64,000 nucleotides of DNA from a virus (taxonomy: Duplodnaviria; Caudoviricetes): IMG/VR virus record IMGVR_UViG_3300005439_000018, positions 1-64,000 of that record; one strand, written 5' to 3'. Positions 18,352 through 28,261 of this stretch are shown in pieces. The first letter of the stretch is position 1; the number at the start of each line of letters is the position of its first letter. A model generated the notes under the pieces. It did no database searches. It was given only the letters and a program-made list of their open reading frames with translations, and was not told the origin of the DNA. Both the position numbers and the translations under genes were made by a program.

Positions 18352-19171
18352 CCGGGGGGAGGGTGGTGCAGCCGACCACGGCGACGTCCGGCGGTTCTTT
18401 ACCGGGTGCCGGTGCCTGCGGTGCCGGGCGGCCAACGCCGACTACCGGCAGGACGTCGCCCGCCGGAAGGCGTACGGTACCTGGAACCCGTTCGTCGACG
18501 CGGGGCCGGTCCGGGACCACGTGCGCAGGATGATGGATACCTACGGCTGCGGCACCTACCTGATATCCACCCTGGCCGGGGTGTCCTCGTCCCAGGTCCA
18601 GCACCTGCTGGGCATGGGGCAGCGGGACGGCACCCGGACGGCCGCCAAGATCCGGACCGAGACCGCTGCCCGGCTGCTGTCGGTCCGGGTCAGCCTGGAC
18701 GTGCTGCCCCCCGCCCAGCCGGTCAGCCCGCTGGGGTCCCGCCGCCGCCTGCATGCGCTGATCGCGGTCGGCTGGCCGCGCAAGCACCTGGCCACCCGGT
18801 ATGGCTTGGACGACAACCGGTTCTTTATGCTGGAGCGCAGGCCCAGCACCCTGGCCGACACCGCTCGCTGGGTCCGCCGCATGTACCTGGACCTCCAGGG
18901 CCTGGTGCCCGAGCACAACGGGGTGAGACTGCAGACCGCCGTTACCGCCCGCAGCCTGGCCGCCGACCGTGGCTGGCCGCCGCCCCACTGCTGGGACGAC
19001 GACACCATCGACTTCGCGGAGACCATCCCGGACTGGACCGGCCTGTGCGGTACCTGGCAGGGCGCCGAGCTGCACCGGAAGCGGGGGATCCTGCCCAAGT
19101 GCCCGCCCTGCGTCGGCGCGGCCCGCGAGCACCGGGCCGAGCTTCGCGCGGCCCGAAACGCGGTGGTGTGA
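18344..19171 (+). CDS. Actinophage HTH/zinc DNA-binding protein
   Basis: HG...GCRCLRC, HTH-like YLISTLAGVSSSQVQHL, RRLHALIAVGWP, WDDDTID. Confidence 0.75.
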   Translation: MADRGEGGAADHGDVRRFFTGCRCLRCRAANADYRQDVARRKAYGTWNPFVDAGPVRDHVRRMMDTYGCGTYLISTLAGVSSSQVQHLLGMGQRDGTRTAAKIRTETAARLLSVRVSLDVLPPAQPVSPLGSRRRLHALIAVGWPRKHLATRYGLDDNRFFMLERRPSTLADTARWVRRMYLDLQGLVPEHNGVRLQTAVTARSLAADRGWPPPHCWDDDTIDFAETIPDWTGLCGTWQGAELHRKRGILPKCPPCVGAAREHRAELRAARNAVV

Positions 19172-19791
19172 TGTCCCCCATGAGGATCCACTACGACTGC
19201 GAGTTCCGGGAGAACGGGCGCGTCATCGACCTGATCTCGATCGGCCTGGTCCGCGACGACGGTACCAGCTACTACGCGGTCAGCAGCGAGTTCGACCTGT
19301 TGGGGCTGGCGCGCGATCCCTGGCTGTCCGAGTACGTCTGGCCGCAGCTGCCCAAGGTCGGCGGCGACCAGCGCATGTACGCCCTGGCCAGCGTCCCGCT
19401 GCGGGCCCGCTGGTCCCGCCGCGAGTACCTGCACCGCTACCACACCATGCGCGCGGTCTTCGACTGGGAGAGCCCCCTGGTGAAGGACCGCGCCGCCATC
19501 CGCAACGGCGTCCTGGAGTTCGTCCGGGCCACCCCCTCGCCCGAGCTGTGGTCCTGGTACGGCGCCTATGACCACGTCGCCCTGGCCCAGCTGTGGGGCC
19601 GGATGGTCGACCTGCCCCCGGGCGTCCCGATGTTCACCCACGAGCTCCAGCAGCGCGCCGACGCCCTGGGGTGGTCCGTGCCGGACCAGCCCCGGCACGG
19701 CCAGCACCACGCACTGACCGACGCCCACTACCACAGGAAGGTGGCCCACATGATGGACGAGTACGAGGCCCGGCGGGGAGGGGTGGTGTGA
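19171..19791 (+). CDS. DEDDh 3'-5' exoribonuclease (RNase AS/DUF5051-like)
   Basis: YDCEF.ENG..IDLISIG.V...YYAVS, WYGAYDHV.L.QLWG.M..LP, HHALTDA. Confidence 0.88.
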   Translation: MSPMRIHYDCEFRENGRVIDLISIGLVRDDGTSYYAVSSEFDLLGLARDPWLSEYVWPQLPKVGGDQRMYALASVPLRARWSRREYLHRYHTMRAVFDWESPLVKDRAAIRNGVLEFVRATPSPELWSWYGAYDHVALAQLWGRMVDLPPGVPMFTHELQQRADALGWSVPDQPRHGQHHALTDAHYHRKVAHMMDEYEARRGGVV

Positions 19792-20147
19792 TGCGCGACG
19801 AGCCGCGCGGCCCCAACCCGGCCGTCCGGGTGTACTTCCACTACCCGGCCGCGCCCGGCGAGACGGACGAGGAGTACGGCACCCCGGTCGCCACCCACCG
19901 GCTGTACGTCAACGGCCCGCAGATGGACGGCACCTGGGAGACCGCCCACCCGCCGCAGGTGGGGGACGAGATCGTCCTGCACGACCAGCAGAAGCGCACC
20001 ACCCACATCCTGTGGCGGGTCGTGCGGCGCCAGTGGATGCCCGCCTCGTTCCTGTCGGTGAACTGGCCGGTCCTGGAGCCCCACCAGAAGACGCCCCTGT
20101 GGCTCAACGTCCTGCTGGAGCCGGTCGAGGACGGGGGTATCCTGTGA
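19791..20147 (+). CDS. Hypothetical protein
   Basis: Coupled start; HPPQVGDEIVL. Confidence 0.65.
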   Translation: MRDEPRGPNPAVRVYFHYPAAPGETDEEYGTPVATHRLYVNGPQMDGTWETAHPPQVGDEIVLHDQQKRTTHILWRVVRRQWMPASFLSVNWPVLEPHQKTPLWLNVLLEPVEDGGIL

Positions 20148-21145
20148 CCCGCCTCGGTACCGACATCTCCAGCTACCAGGACGGCCTGGACTTGGCCGAC
20201 CTGAAGTTCGCCAAGTTCGTGATCGCCAAGTGCAGCCAGGGCACCGGCTACACCGACGCGAACTACAGGGGCTGGCGGGCCCAGGCCCGGCAGCTCCGGC
20301 TGCCGTTCGGCTGGTACCACTTCCTGGAGAAGGGCAACACCGGCGCCCAGGTCGCCCACACCCTGGCCTGTGTCGGCGGGGCCGACGCCGGACTGCCCGG
20401 CATGCTGGACGTCGAGCCCTACAACGACAGCCGTCCCGGTGTTGCTGACGTGCTGGACTACGCCCTCGCCGCCGAGAAGGCGGGCCTGAACCTGAAGCTG
20501 GTCTACTTCCCGCACTGGTACTGGGCCGAGCTGGGCAGCCCCGACCTGTCCGCTCTGACCAAGTTCGGCCTGACCCTGGTGGCCAGCTCCTACCCGGGCG
20601 GGGTCAACGATCCGGCCAGCCTCTACCCGGGCGACCGGTTCTCCGGCTGGAACAGCTACGGCGGTGCGGCCCCCGGCGTGCTCCAGTACACCAGCACCGC
20701 CAGCGACGGCGGCTACAGGCTCGACTACAACGCGATCCGCGACGACAGCGTGTTCAACGCCATATTCACCCAAGGAGCTCCCGACATGACCCTGGCCCCC
20801 GACGAGCGCGACTGGCTCAACAACCTGTACTCCGCCGCCTTCCGGGGCGGCCCGTCCTGCGGGCGGCCCGTCCCGTCCGGGCACGCGGGCGCCTCCGAGG
20901 GCGGCGGCAACAGCATCTTCGCCCACCTGGACTACCTGACCGAGCTGCTGGAGTCCCTGGCGGCCCGCCCGGCGGGTGCCCCGGTGGATGTCCCGGCGCT
21001 GGCTGCCGCCCTGGTCTCCAAGCTCGACGTGGCCAACCTGGCGGCCCAGATCGCCACCCACATCGACACGTCCCCGGGCTACACCGCCGAGTCCCTGGCC
21101 GACGTCGCCATCAAGGCGTTCGCCGCCCAGCTGGCCAAGCCGTGA
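20144..21145 (+). CDS. Endolysin, GH25 muramidase
   Basis: GTDISSYQ, FVIAKCSQGTGY, YHF, LDVE, LQYTS. Confidence 0.9.
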   Translation: MTRLGTDISSYQDGLDLADLKFAKFVIAKCSQGTGYTDANYRGWRAQARQLRLPFGWYHFLEKGNTGAQVAHTLACVGGADAGLPGMLDVEPYNDSRPGVADVLDYALAAEKAGLNLKLVYFPHWYWAELGSPDLSALTKFGLTLVASSYPGGVNDPASLYPGDRFSGWNSYGGAAPGVLQYTSTASDGGYRLDYNAIRDDSVFNAIFTQGAPDMTLAPDERDWLNNLYSAAFRGGPSCGRPVPSGHAGASEGGGNSIFAHLDYLTELLESLAARPAGAPVDVPALAAALVSKLDVANLAAQIATHIDTSPGYTAESLADVAIKAFAAQLAKP

Positions 21146-21780
21146 CCCCCGCGATCGAGAAGGGGGCCCGGGTCCGGGGTACCCACCCCTCCCGTGCCGG
21201 TCGTCTGGGCACCGTCCAGGACGCCGAGACCGGGCGCGGGCACGAGCTGTTCCACGTCCGCTGGGACGACCCCGGCATGGACGACGAGTGGGTCGAGCGC
21301 ATCTTCCTGTCGGCCGACGGTGTCCCCGCCGAGACCCTGTCTCGGCAGCCCGACCCGCTGCCCGAGCGCCCCGGCCTTCCCCACGTCGCCGACCTGGTGG
21401 TCGACCGCATCCGGGCGCGCAAGGCCGCAGGCCTGCGCGAGTACGGCGTCCCGCTCCAGCCGCACAACGGGCGGGACGCCCTGGGCGACCTGCTCGACGA
21501 GCTGCTGGACGGCGCCCACTACCTCACCCAGGCCATCTACGAGCGCGACAACCCCCGCCGCATCACCGACGGGCAGATGGCCCGCCTGCGGGCGATCGGC
21601 GACCGCCAGGCCGAGTTCGACCTGCGCCCCGCCCTCGCGCAGGGTGTCAACCGGGTGGAGCTGCACCGCGACATCCGGTTCCTGCTCGACCTGGTCTGGG
21701 GCGCCCTGCTCCCGCACCTGGAACCCGTCTGGGGCGACAGTGTGCCGGGAGAGCCCTCCGTGGCCCCTCGGAGGCGCTGA
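21142..21780 (+). CDS. SH3-like domain plus all-alpha NTP pyrophosphohydrolase-like domain
   Basis: RKAAGLREYG.PL...NGRDAL.D..DELLDGAHYL MazG-like pattern. Confidence 0.55.
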   Translation: MTPAIEKGARVRGTHPSRAGRLGTVQDAETGRGHELFHVRWDDPGMDDEWVERIFLSADGVPAETLSRQPDPLPERPGLPHVADLVVDRIRARKAAGLREYGVPLQPHNGRDALGDLLDELLDGAHYLTQAIYERDNPRRITDGQMARLRAIGDRQAEFDLRPALAQGVNRVELHRDIRFLLDLVWGALLPHLEPVWGDSVPGEPSVAPRRR

Positions 21781-21908
21781 GAGACCGACCACGGGCGCGG
21801 GGCCCCGGCCCCCGCCGCGAGAGACCGGAAGGCCCCTGCGGGGGCCTTCTGCGTGTGTTACGCTCGGTGTACGCCTGACCCGCTCCCGACGGCGACCCGG
21901 AGAACCCC

Positions 21909-23099
21909 ATGCCCCTGCCCCCCAGCGTCGACACATTCATACTCGTGGGCCGCTATCCCGGGCTGGACGGGCAGTCGGCCACCGGCTCGGTCACCTTCAC
22001 CCCCAACGTCACCCCCCTGACCGACACGGCCGACCCCGCCATGATCGTCGGCCCGGCCACCGTCCGCCTGGTGGACGGCCGGTTCTCGGCCCGCCTGCCC
22101 TACACCGACAACTCCAGCCTGTCCCCCTCGGGCTGGGCCATCGAGGTCGCCGAGTCGATCGACGGTATCTCCAACCGCGCCCCCTTCCTGATCCAGGTGG
22201 TCCGCCCCCAGGGCCCCACGGTCGACCTGGCCACGGTGGCGCCGGTGTCGCCCCCGCCTGCGGCGGTGTCGACCGTGTACGGGGTGCTGGCCCAGCCCAA
22301 CACCTGGTCGGGCCTGAACAACTTCACCGGCGGCCTGGCCATCGGCGGGGTGCGTATCTCCACCCCACCGGCCAGCTCGGCCCAGTTCCTGTCCGGCGAC
22401 GGCAGCTGGCGGCTCCCGCCCTCGGGCGCGGTGCTGTCGGTCAACGGCCTGCTGGGCGACGTGGTCCTGACCCCCTCGATCATCGGGGCCCTGCCCACCA
22501 GCGCCTTCACCGCCCGGGGCAGCCTCCTGGTGGGCAGCGGGGCCAGCGCCTACGTGGTCCTGCCCAGCGGGTCGGACGGCTATGTGCTCACGTCGAGCGC
22601 GGCGGCACCGGGAGGGGTGGTGTGGGCGCCCTCGTCCGGCGGCGGGGGCGGGACCACCGTCCGGGTTAGGTTCGGGTACGTAACCAGCGGCGACCAGACG
22701 CTGAACGCGGACGCGTCCTGGTCCGCTTACCCGCTGGTCACCCTGTCGGTCCCGGCGTCGGTCGGCGATGTGGTGTCGCTGTTCGTCAAGGCAATGTGGC
22801 AGAAGGGCTCCGGCGACCAGATCGACTGGGCCACCCACACCACGGCGGGCGGCCTGGTCCACTTCGCCAGCAACGGCACCGGCACCCCCGCCGTCCAGGG
22901 CGACCCGGGCTGGTACCCGGACGGCGCGTTCCCGCGCAACGGCTCCCCGTGGACCTTCCGGGTCCAGGCCGCCGACATCGAGACCGACGGCAGCGTCCAC
23001 GTGGTGCTGGCCCACCTGGGCGGAAGCGGCGGCACCTTCTTCTCCAGCACCAACTACCCGGCCGAGCTGACCATGGTCAACTGGGGACCCCAGACCTAG
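21909..23099 (+). CDS. Virion structural / minor tail protein
   Basis: GSVTFTP...GRFSARLP..D...PSGW..EV N-terminal module common in actinophage minor tail proteins; Gly/Ser-rich. Confidence 0.7.
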   Translation: MPLPPSVDTFILVGRYPGLDGQSATGSVTFTPNVTPLTDTADPAMIVGPATVRLVDGRFSARLPYTDNSSLSPSGWAIEVAESIDGISNRAPFLIQVVRPQGPTVDLATVAPVSPPPAAVSTVYGVLAQPNTWSGLNNFTGGLAIGGVRISTPPASSAQFLSGDGSWRLPPSGAVLSVNGLLGDVVLTPSIIGALPTSAFTARGSLLVGSGASAYVVLPSGSDGYVLTSSAAAPGGVVWAPSSGGGGGTTVRVRFGYVTSGDQTLNADASWSAYPLVTLSVPASVGDVVSLFVKAMWQKGSGDQIDWATHTTAGGLVHFASNGTGTPAVQGDPGWYPDGAFPRNGSPWTFRVQAADIETDGSVHVVLAHLGGSGGTFFSSTNYPAELTMVNWGPQT

Positions 23100-23152
23100 G
23101 GGTTGACAAAATGGCAACTTAGGGTGTTTACTCAGTGGTGAGAGGAGGAGCC

Positions 23153-23347
23153 ATGGAAACCGCAAGCCACATGGGCATACAGCCCACCGACGGTACCGCC
23201 CCCGCAGTCCTGGGCATGATCGGGATCTTCTTCCTGGTGTCGTACCCGTTCGTGCAGTTCTGGGTCATGGAGCGGATCGGCAGAAGGTCGGCGGAGCGGC
23301 GTCCCGCCTCCGAATCGCCCACCATGCGAGTCCGTCCCCGCCACTAG
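23153..23347 (+). CDS. Small membrane protein
   Basis: GAGGAGG RBS; one TM segment; upstream TTGAC-AAAAT-GGCAA operator at 23103. Confidence 0.55.
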   Translation: METASHMGIQPTDGTAPAVLGMIGIFFLVSYPFVQFWVMERIGRRSAERRPASESPTMRVRPRH

Positions 23348-23356
23348 AAGGTCGAG

Positions 23357-23695
23357 TTGCTCTACAACAGCCTGATCGCCCTGTCCACCGCCGCCGCCGC
23401 AACCGGCGCCTTCGTCTGGTCGGTGGTCCACTTCGCCCACCACGAGGACGCCTACTACGGCGGGTGGCTCATCGTGTCCGGGTCGGCGTGGTTCCTGGCC
23501 CTGGCGTTCGCCGCCAGCGTCCTGTTCCATGCCGGTCGGGCGGCTGCCGCCCGGCAGCCCGTCGCGGCCCCCGCACCCGCCCAGGTCCTGGCCTGGCCGC
23601 AGCGCGAGGCCCCCGCCGGTTACGTCCCCATGTCCCAGCGCCCCGACCCGGTCACCCGGATCGACCTGGAGAAGTGGACCCCCCCGGTCGTCTGA
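23357..23695 (+). CDS. Two-TM membrane protein
   Basis: Two hydrophobic segments. Confidence 0.65.
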   Translation: MLYNSLIALSTAAAATGAFVWSVVHFAHHEDAYYGGWLIVSGSAWFLALAFAASVLFHAGRAAAARQPVAAPAPAQVLAWPQREAPAGYVPMSQRPDPVTRIDLEKWTPPVV

Positions 23696-23775
23696 ACTGG
23701 CTTGCCCCCCGGGAAAACCGGGGGGTAAGCTGTATCCGGCCGGGGGAGACCGGCCGCGACGAGGGGACATCGATT

Positions 23776-26022
23776 GTGAGCATAGGACCCGTGAGGGTCG
23801 GCAGCGTGTGGCTGCCCGACCTGCCCCCGGGCGTCCAGGTGGCATTCGACACCGAGACCTTCGGGCTGTATCCCGACGGCGACCCGGGCGGCGACAGCGG
23901 CGACCCGGGCAGCCCCCCTTCCTGGATCAGCGCCGCGAGCATCGCCTACCGCGACCCGGACACCGGCCACATCGCCAGCCACGCCTGGGGGTTCGATCAG
24001 GGCCCCTGCCCGGACAAGCCCGGACGGGTGCGCAGGCCCCGGGAGGGGGGTGGCGTGGAGCAGTTCGATCCTGCCAAGATGTTGGCCACCCTGGCCAAGT
24101 ACGGGTACGGGTCGCGCGAATTCACCGGCGCCGACTTCCAGTACGAGATGAATAAGAAGGGCACCAAGGTCCGGAAGACCACGGTGACCAACGTGCAGCG
24201 CTGGGTGCCCTGGACCTGGCAGGAAGCGTACCGGTCCGAGAGCCTGGAGTCCTGGCTCAACCTGGTCCGGTGGCTGCGGGACCGTCCTCAGCTGGTGATG
24301 CACAACGCCAAGTTCGACATGACCACCACCCGGCTCGGGCTGCGCCCCGAGGTGGTCGCCCGGAACATCGCGGCCGACCCGGAGCTGTATCTCGGCATCG
24401 ACCCGGGCGACCCGGCCCGGTTCAGCCTGGACCTGGACCGGCTGGCCGACGGCACCCTGCGCCCCGTCCGGGGCGTATGGGACACCATGCTGGTCCAGTC
24501 ATTCTTCGACCCCAGGCACCCGGTGGCCCTGAAGAAGACCGGCAAGCGCCTGTGGGGCGACCGGTCGGAGGCGGAGCAGCAGACGCTGCTGGACGCCATG
24601 AAGCGCCAGGGCGTCGGCCTGACCAAGCGGTACGACCTGACCCCGTGGCCGGTCATGGAGCCGTACGCCGCCAAGGATACGGTCCTGACGCTGCTGCTGG
24701 AGGAGCACCAGCGGGCCCGCATCGCCTCCGGCGACCACCCGCCGTGCCTGTGGGAGCAGATCGACAAGGAGTTCGGCCTCATGCGGGTGCTGTACCGCAT
24801 GGAGGGCAGGGGGGTGGCGTACGACGTCGCGGGTTCGGAGTCCGGGGCGCGGCTGCTGCGGGAGTCGATGTCCGGGATCGAGGCCCGGCTGCCGTTCGAC
24901 CCCAGCAAGCTGGCCTCGGTCAAGCAGTTCTACTTCGCCCCCGAGTACGAGGGCGGGCTGGGCATCGTCCCGCTGAAGACCACTGAGAAGACCGGCCAGC
25001 CGTGCCTGGACGAGGCCCAGGTGCGCATCCTGGTCAACCAGGGGCGGCCCTGGGCGGCCGAGTACGACGAGTGGTCCCACTGCCGCAGCGCACTGGGCAA
25101 GTGGTATGACGGGTGGGCCAAGCGGACCGGCGCCGACGGCCGGTTGCGGACGGTGTTCAAGCAGTGCGTCGTGGCCGAGGAGCGCGCGGGTGCCCGTACC
25201 GGCGGCACCATCAGCGGGCGGCTGGCCGTGGGCCGGGTCCAGCTCCAGGCGATCCCCCACAACCACCAGCTGCCCGAGCCCGTACGGCACCTGCCCGTAC
25301 GGTCGCTGATCGGGGCCCGGCCGGGGCACTGCCTGTACGAGATGGACCTGCCGCAGGGAGAGGTGCGGATCGCCACGGTGGTGGTCAACTGCTCGGCGAT
25401 GTGGGACGTCATCGACTCGGGCGCCGACCTGCACGGGGAGAACGCCAAGCGCATCTTCGGGATCGGCGAGGACGACGAGCGCTACGAGGCGTACCGGGGC
25501 GTGGCCAAGCGCATCGTGTTCGGCACGCTGTACGGCGCCGGGGTCCGCACCCTGCGCCAGCAGATCCTGGAGTTCACCGGCCTGGACTACAGCGAGGACG
25601 AGACGCGCGAGGCCAAGCAGGCATTCGAGCGTACGTTCCCGGAGTTCCCCCGGGTGGCCCGCCAGATCCAGCGCAAGGCCGACCGGGCGCTGGGCGGCCC
25701 CGGCTACGTGCGGCTGATCGACGGGCGGCGGCGGTGGTTCGGCCCCGAGGAGTACAGCCACAAGGCGTTCAACGCGGTGATCCAGGGCGGCCTGGCCCAG
25801 ACCGGCAAGACCTGGATGATCGAGGTCGAGCAGCAGCTGCCCGGCATCCAGGTACTGGCCATCCACGACTCGATCGTGGTCGAGGTCCCCGACAGCGACT
25901 ACGGGGAGCACCTGGCCCGCCAGGTCGCCGCGATCGGCAAGGAGGTCTACGAGCGCGATTACGGCGTCCGTGGCCGCACCATGTATTTCGACATCGTCCC
26001 CAAGCGCTGGGGCCATAAGTGA
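23776..26022 (+). CDS. Family A DNA polymerase (candidate DpoZ)
   Basis: Exo I AFDTET, HNAKFD, YAAKD; GRL...QLQAIP, DLPQGEVR, DLH, KRIVFGTLYGAG, HKAFNAVIQG, IHDSIV. Confidence 0.93.
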   Translation: MSIGPVRVGSVWLPDLPPGVQVAFDTETFGLYPDGDPGGDSGDPGSPPSWISAASIAYRDPDTGHIASHAWGFDQGPCPDKPGRVRRPREGGGVEQFDPAKMLATLAKYGYGSREFTGADFQYEMNKKGTKVRKTTVTNVQRWVPWTWQEAYRSESLESWLNLVRWLRDRPQLVMHNAKFDMTTTRLGLRPEVVARNIAADPELYLGIDPGDPARFSLDLDRLADGTLRPVRGVWDTMLVQSFFDPRHPVALKKTGKRLWGDRSEAEQQTLLDAMKRQGVGLTKRYDLTPWPVMEPYAAKDTVLTLLLEEHQRARIASGDHPPCLWEQIDKEFGLMRVLYRMEGRGVAYDVAGSESGARLLRESMSGIEARLPFDPSKLASVKQFYFAPEYEGGLGIVPLKTTEKTGQPCLDEAQVRILVNQGRPWAAEYDEWSHCRSALGKWYDGWAKRTGADGRLRTVFKQCVVAEERAGARTGGTISGRLAVGRVQLQAIPHNHQLPEPVRHLPVRSLIGARPGHCLYEMDLPQGEVRIATVVVNCSAMWDVIDSGADLHGENAKRIFGIGEDDERYEAYRGVAKRIVFGTLYGAGVRTLRQQILEFTGLDYSEDETREAKQAFERTFPEFPRVARQIQRKADRALGGPGYVRLIDGRRRWFGPEEYSHKAFNAVIQGGLAQTGKTWMIEVEQQLPGIQVLAIHDSIVVEVPDSDYGEHLARQVAAIGKEVYERDYGVRGRTMYFDIVPKRWGHK

Positions 26023-26033
26023 AGGGGGGCGCC

Positions 26034-26276
26034 ATGGGCGCCTATCAGGAGATGAAGCACGCCATCCAGGGCGGGGTGGACGAGGGTATCGCTCAGTCCC
26101 TCGGGGAGGGCGAGAGCCACAAGATCACCGACGCGGTGGCCGTCGAGCTGCTGTGCGTCAGCCCCAGCAACGAGCAGATGGGCTGGCTGATCTTCGGGGG
26201 CGAGGTCCGTGCCGTCCGCAAGGTCGGCAACATCGCCCCCGACATCTGGCACGTCCACACCCGGAAGGACAACTGA
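26034..26276 (+). CDS. Tandem paralog 1 of a small unknown family
   Basis: ...QMGWLIFGGEVRAV...W.VHT. Confidence 0.7.
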   Translation: MGAYQEMKHAIQGGVDEGIAQSLGEGESHKITDAVAVELLCVSPSNEQMGWLIFGGEVRAVRKVGNIAPDIWHVHTRKDN

Positions 26277-26533
26277 TGGCCGACGCCAGGGAGGAGATGC
26301 GGGACGCGATCCGGCGCGGGCTGCGGGACGCCAGCGCGATCGGCGACCCCGACCAGATCGAAGACTACGTCGACAGCGTCATGGCCCAGCTCATGGAGAC
26401 GCGACGCGACGAGCTCGGATGGCTGGTCCTGGGCAATCTGGAGCACGTGTACCGGGTCGAGCAGGCCAGCATGACCGACGCCACGTGGGCCGACTACAGC
26501 CGGTGGGCCGTCAGAACCCGGCACGACCAGTGA
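26276..26533 (+). CDS. Tandem paralog 2
   Basis: DAREEMR...SAIGDPD...LGWLVLG...WAVRT. Confidence 0.7.
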   Translation: MADAREEMRDAIRRGLRDASAIGDPDQIEDYVDSVMAQLMETRRDELGWLVLGNLEHVYRVEQASMTDATWADYSRWAVRTRHDQ

Positions 26534-26787
26534 GCGCCCGCGACGAGATCCTCGAGGGTCTGCGCGAGCACCTGAGCACCTCGACCACGTACGACGGTCC
26601 CGAGTTCTACGCCGAGACCGTGGTCGAGTACCTGGAGACGCTGGCCCGGACCGGCGGCTACCTGATCATGAACGGCCACATCCGCACGGTGTTGCAGGCT
26701 GACGTGTTCGGGCCCAGCAGCTGGGAGATCACGACCGAGACCTGTGGCGGCGACCAGGACCGATGGAAGAGGAGCTACTACTCATGA
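26530..26787 (+). CDS. Tandem paralog 3
   Basis: ARDEI...GGYLIMNGHIRTV...WEITT. Confidence 0.7.
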   Translation: MSARDEILEGLREHLSTSTTYDGPEFYAETVVEYLETLARTGGYLIMNGHIRTVLQADVFGPSSWEITTETCGGDQDRWKRSYYS

Positions 26788-27050
26788 GCGACGCACGGGA
26801 GCAGTTCGAGGCGCGGCTGCGGGGGCTGCTGGGCACCGCGCCCCGCAAGCTGATCGAGGTGGAGAGCTTCGTGCAGCACCTGGCCGACGGCCTGCTGGCC
26901 GAGGATCCGGGCGACCACCGCTACGGCTGGCTGATCGCCTACGGCAAGGTGCGGCCGGTCACCGAGACCGAGTTCATGGACAGCGACGGCGGCGGCGGGC
27001 GGACCTGGACGGTCTGGACCACCGGCGAGGTCGAGGAGGACGACGAGTGA
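26784..27050 (+). CDS. Tandem paralog 4
   Basis: DAREQF...YGWLIAYGKVRPV...WTVWT. Confidence 0.7.
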   Translation: MSDAREQFEARLRGLLGTAPRKLIEVESFVQHLADGLLAEDPGDHRYGWLIAYGKVRPVTETEFMDSDGGGGRTWTVWTTGEVEEDDE

Positions 27051-27313
27051 ACCGCGACAGCGGCAGGACCCTACCCCCGCTGGCCGCCCTGGTGCGGCGG
27101 GCACTGGTGGGAGAGAGCGCGATCGGTGACCCCGACGACCTGGACCGGCTGGCGGAGGGGGTGGTGTCCGCCCTGATGGAGGTCACCTCCGAGCACGCTG
27201 GATGGCTGCTGGACGGCCGGACCGAGCAGGCCGTGCGGGTGGTCAGCGCCGACCGGGTTGACACCGGGTACTACGAGAGCTGGGACGTGATCGCTGACGG
27301 GAGCATGCGGTGA
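27047..27313 (+). CDS. Tandem paralog 5
   Basis: SAIGDPDD...AGWLLDG...VRVV...WDVIA. Confidence 0.7.
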   Translation: MNRDSGRTLPPLAALVRRALVGESAIGDPDDLDRLAEGVVSALMEVTSEHAGWLLDGRTEQAVRVVSADRVDTGYYESWDVIADGSMR

Positions 27314-27525
27314 CTGCGGAGTGGGTGGCGTGGTCGGTGTCCGGCGGATACTTCGCCGGGTGGGGGTACGTGCTGGCGCTGGCCAACGACCACGGGTCGG
27401 ACGGCTGGGGGGACACGGTGCTCAACCTGGCGCTGGCTACGCTGTGGCCGCTGCTGGCGCTGGCGCGCGGGGCGCTGGGGGTGCACGACTGGATGCGGTC
27501 GCCCTACCGCAGGTGGAACCGGTGA
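27310..27525 (+). CDS. Small membrane protein
   Basis: Trp-rich hydrophobic ORF with overlaps on both sides. Confidence 0.6.
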   Translation: MTAEWVAWSVSGGYFAGWGYVLALANDHGSDGWGDTVLNLALATLWPLLALARGALGVHDWMRSPYRRWNR

Positions 27526-27716
27526 CCGGGGTCCAGGTGACCTCGTCGCCCCTCGGCGGCGGGGTGCGGTTGCAGGTCGACGCCGAGGGCGTCCAGGTGT
27601 GCCTCGACCTGGACACGGTCGAGGCCCTGGCCCTGATAGGTAAGATCGCCGAGCGGGCGGGGGAGGTGGTGCAGGCGACCGAGCGGCAGCTCCAGTCGTG
27701 GGTCCGCAGCGGGTGA
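27522..27716 (+). CDS. Hypothetical protein
   Basis: GTGA overlap. Confidence 0.6.
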   Translation: MTGVQVTSSPLGGGVRLQVDAEGVQVCLDLDTVEALALIGKIAERAGEVVQATERQLQSWVRSG

Positions 27717-27738
27717 ACCCGACTGATACCCTTGGCGC

Positions 27739-28239
27739 GTGGCCATAGACTGGAGCACCGATCTGTTCTGGAGCATCGACCCCGGTGAATCGAAGTGTGG
27801 TGTTGCCATCTTCCACCGGGGCCGGTGCGTGCAGGCGTTGCAGAGCACGCCCGACGTGTGCCTGGACAAGCTGTGGGAGCACCTGGGCTTCGGGGCGCCG
27901 GTAGCGCGCCCCGCCGGTCTGGTCATCGAGCGGTTCGCCCTGAGGCCCGACCTGGCCCACCAGCAGACGGGCTCGGAGATGGGGACCAGCCAGATGATCG
28001 GGGCCGTACGCTGGATGGCCCGCCACCGCAGTACCCCGCTGGTGGTGCAGACCCCCTCCCAGGCCCACAGCCTGGAGAAGTCGGCCGCGTGGAAGGACCG
28101 CCCCCTGCGCTGGTGGGCCAGCTACGGGCACGGGCGCGACGCCAAGATGGCCGAGCTGCACGGATACTTCCGCATCTCGACCTCGATGAGCGGCGCGTCC
28201 GAACGTGCACGTTGGCTGGCCGCCCTTGGCACGGAGTGA
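27739..28239 (+). CDS. RuvC-like Holliday junction resolvase
   Basis: SIDPGESKCGVA, LVIERF, IG.V, H.RDA..H. Confidence 0.78.
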   Translation: MAIDWSTDLFWSIDPGESKCGVAIFHRGRCVQALQSTPDVCLDKLWEHLGFGAPVARPAGLVIERFALRPDLAHQQTGSEMGTSQMIGAVRWMARHRSTPLVVQTPSQAHSLEKSAAWKDRPLRWWASYGHGRDAKMAELHGYFRISTSMSGASERARWLAALGTE

Positions 28240-28261
28240 AGCCCGGGAGTAGGGTACGGGT

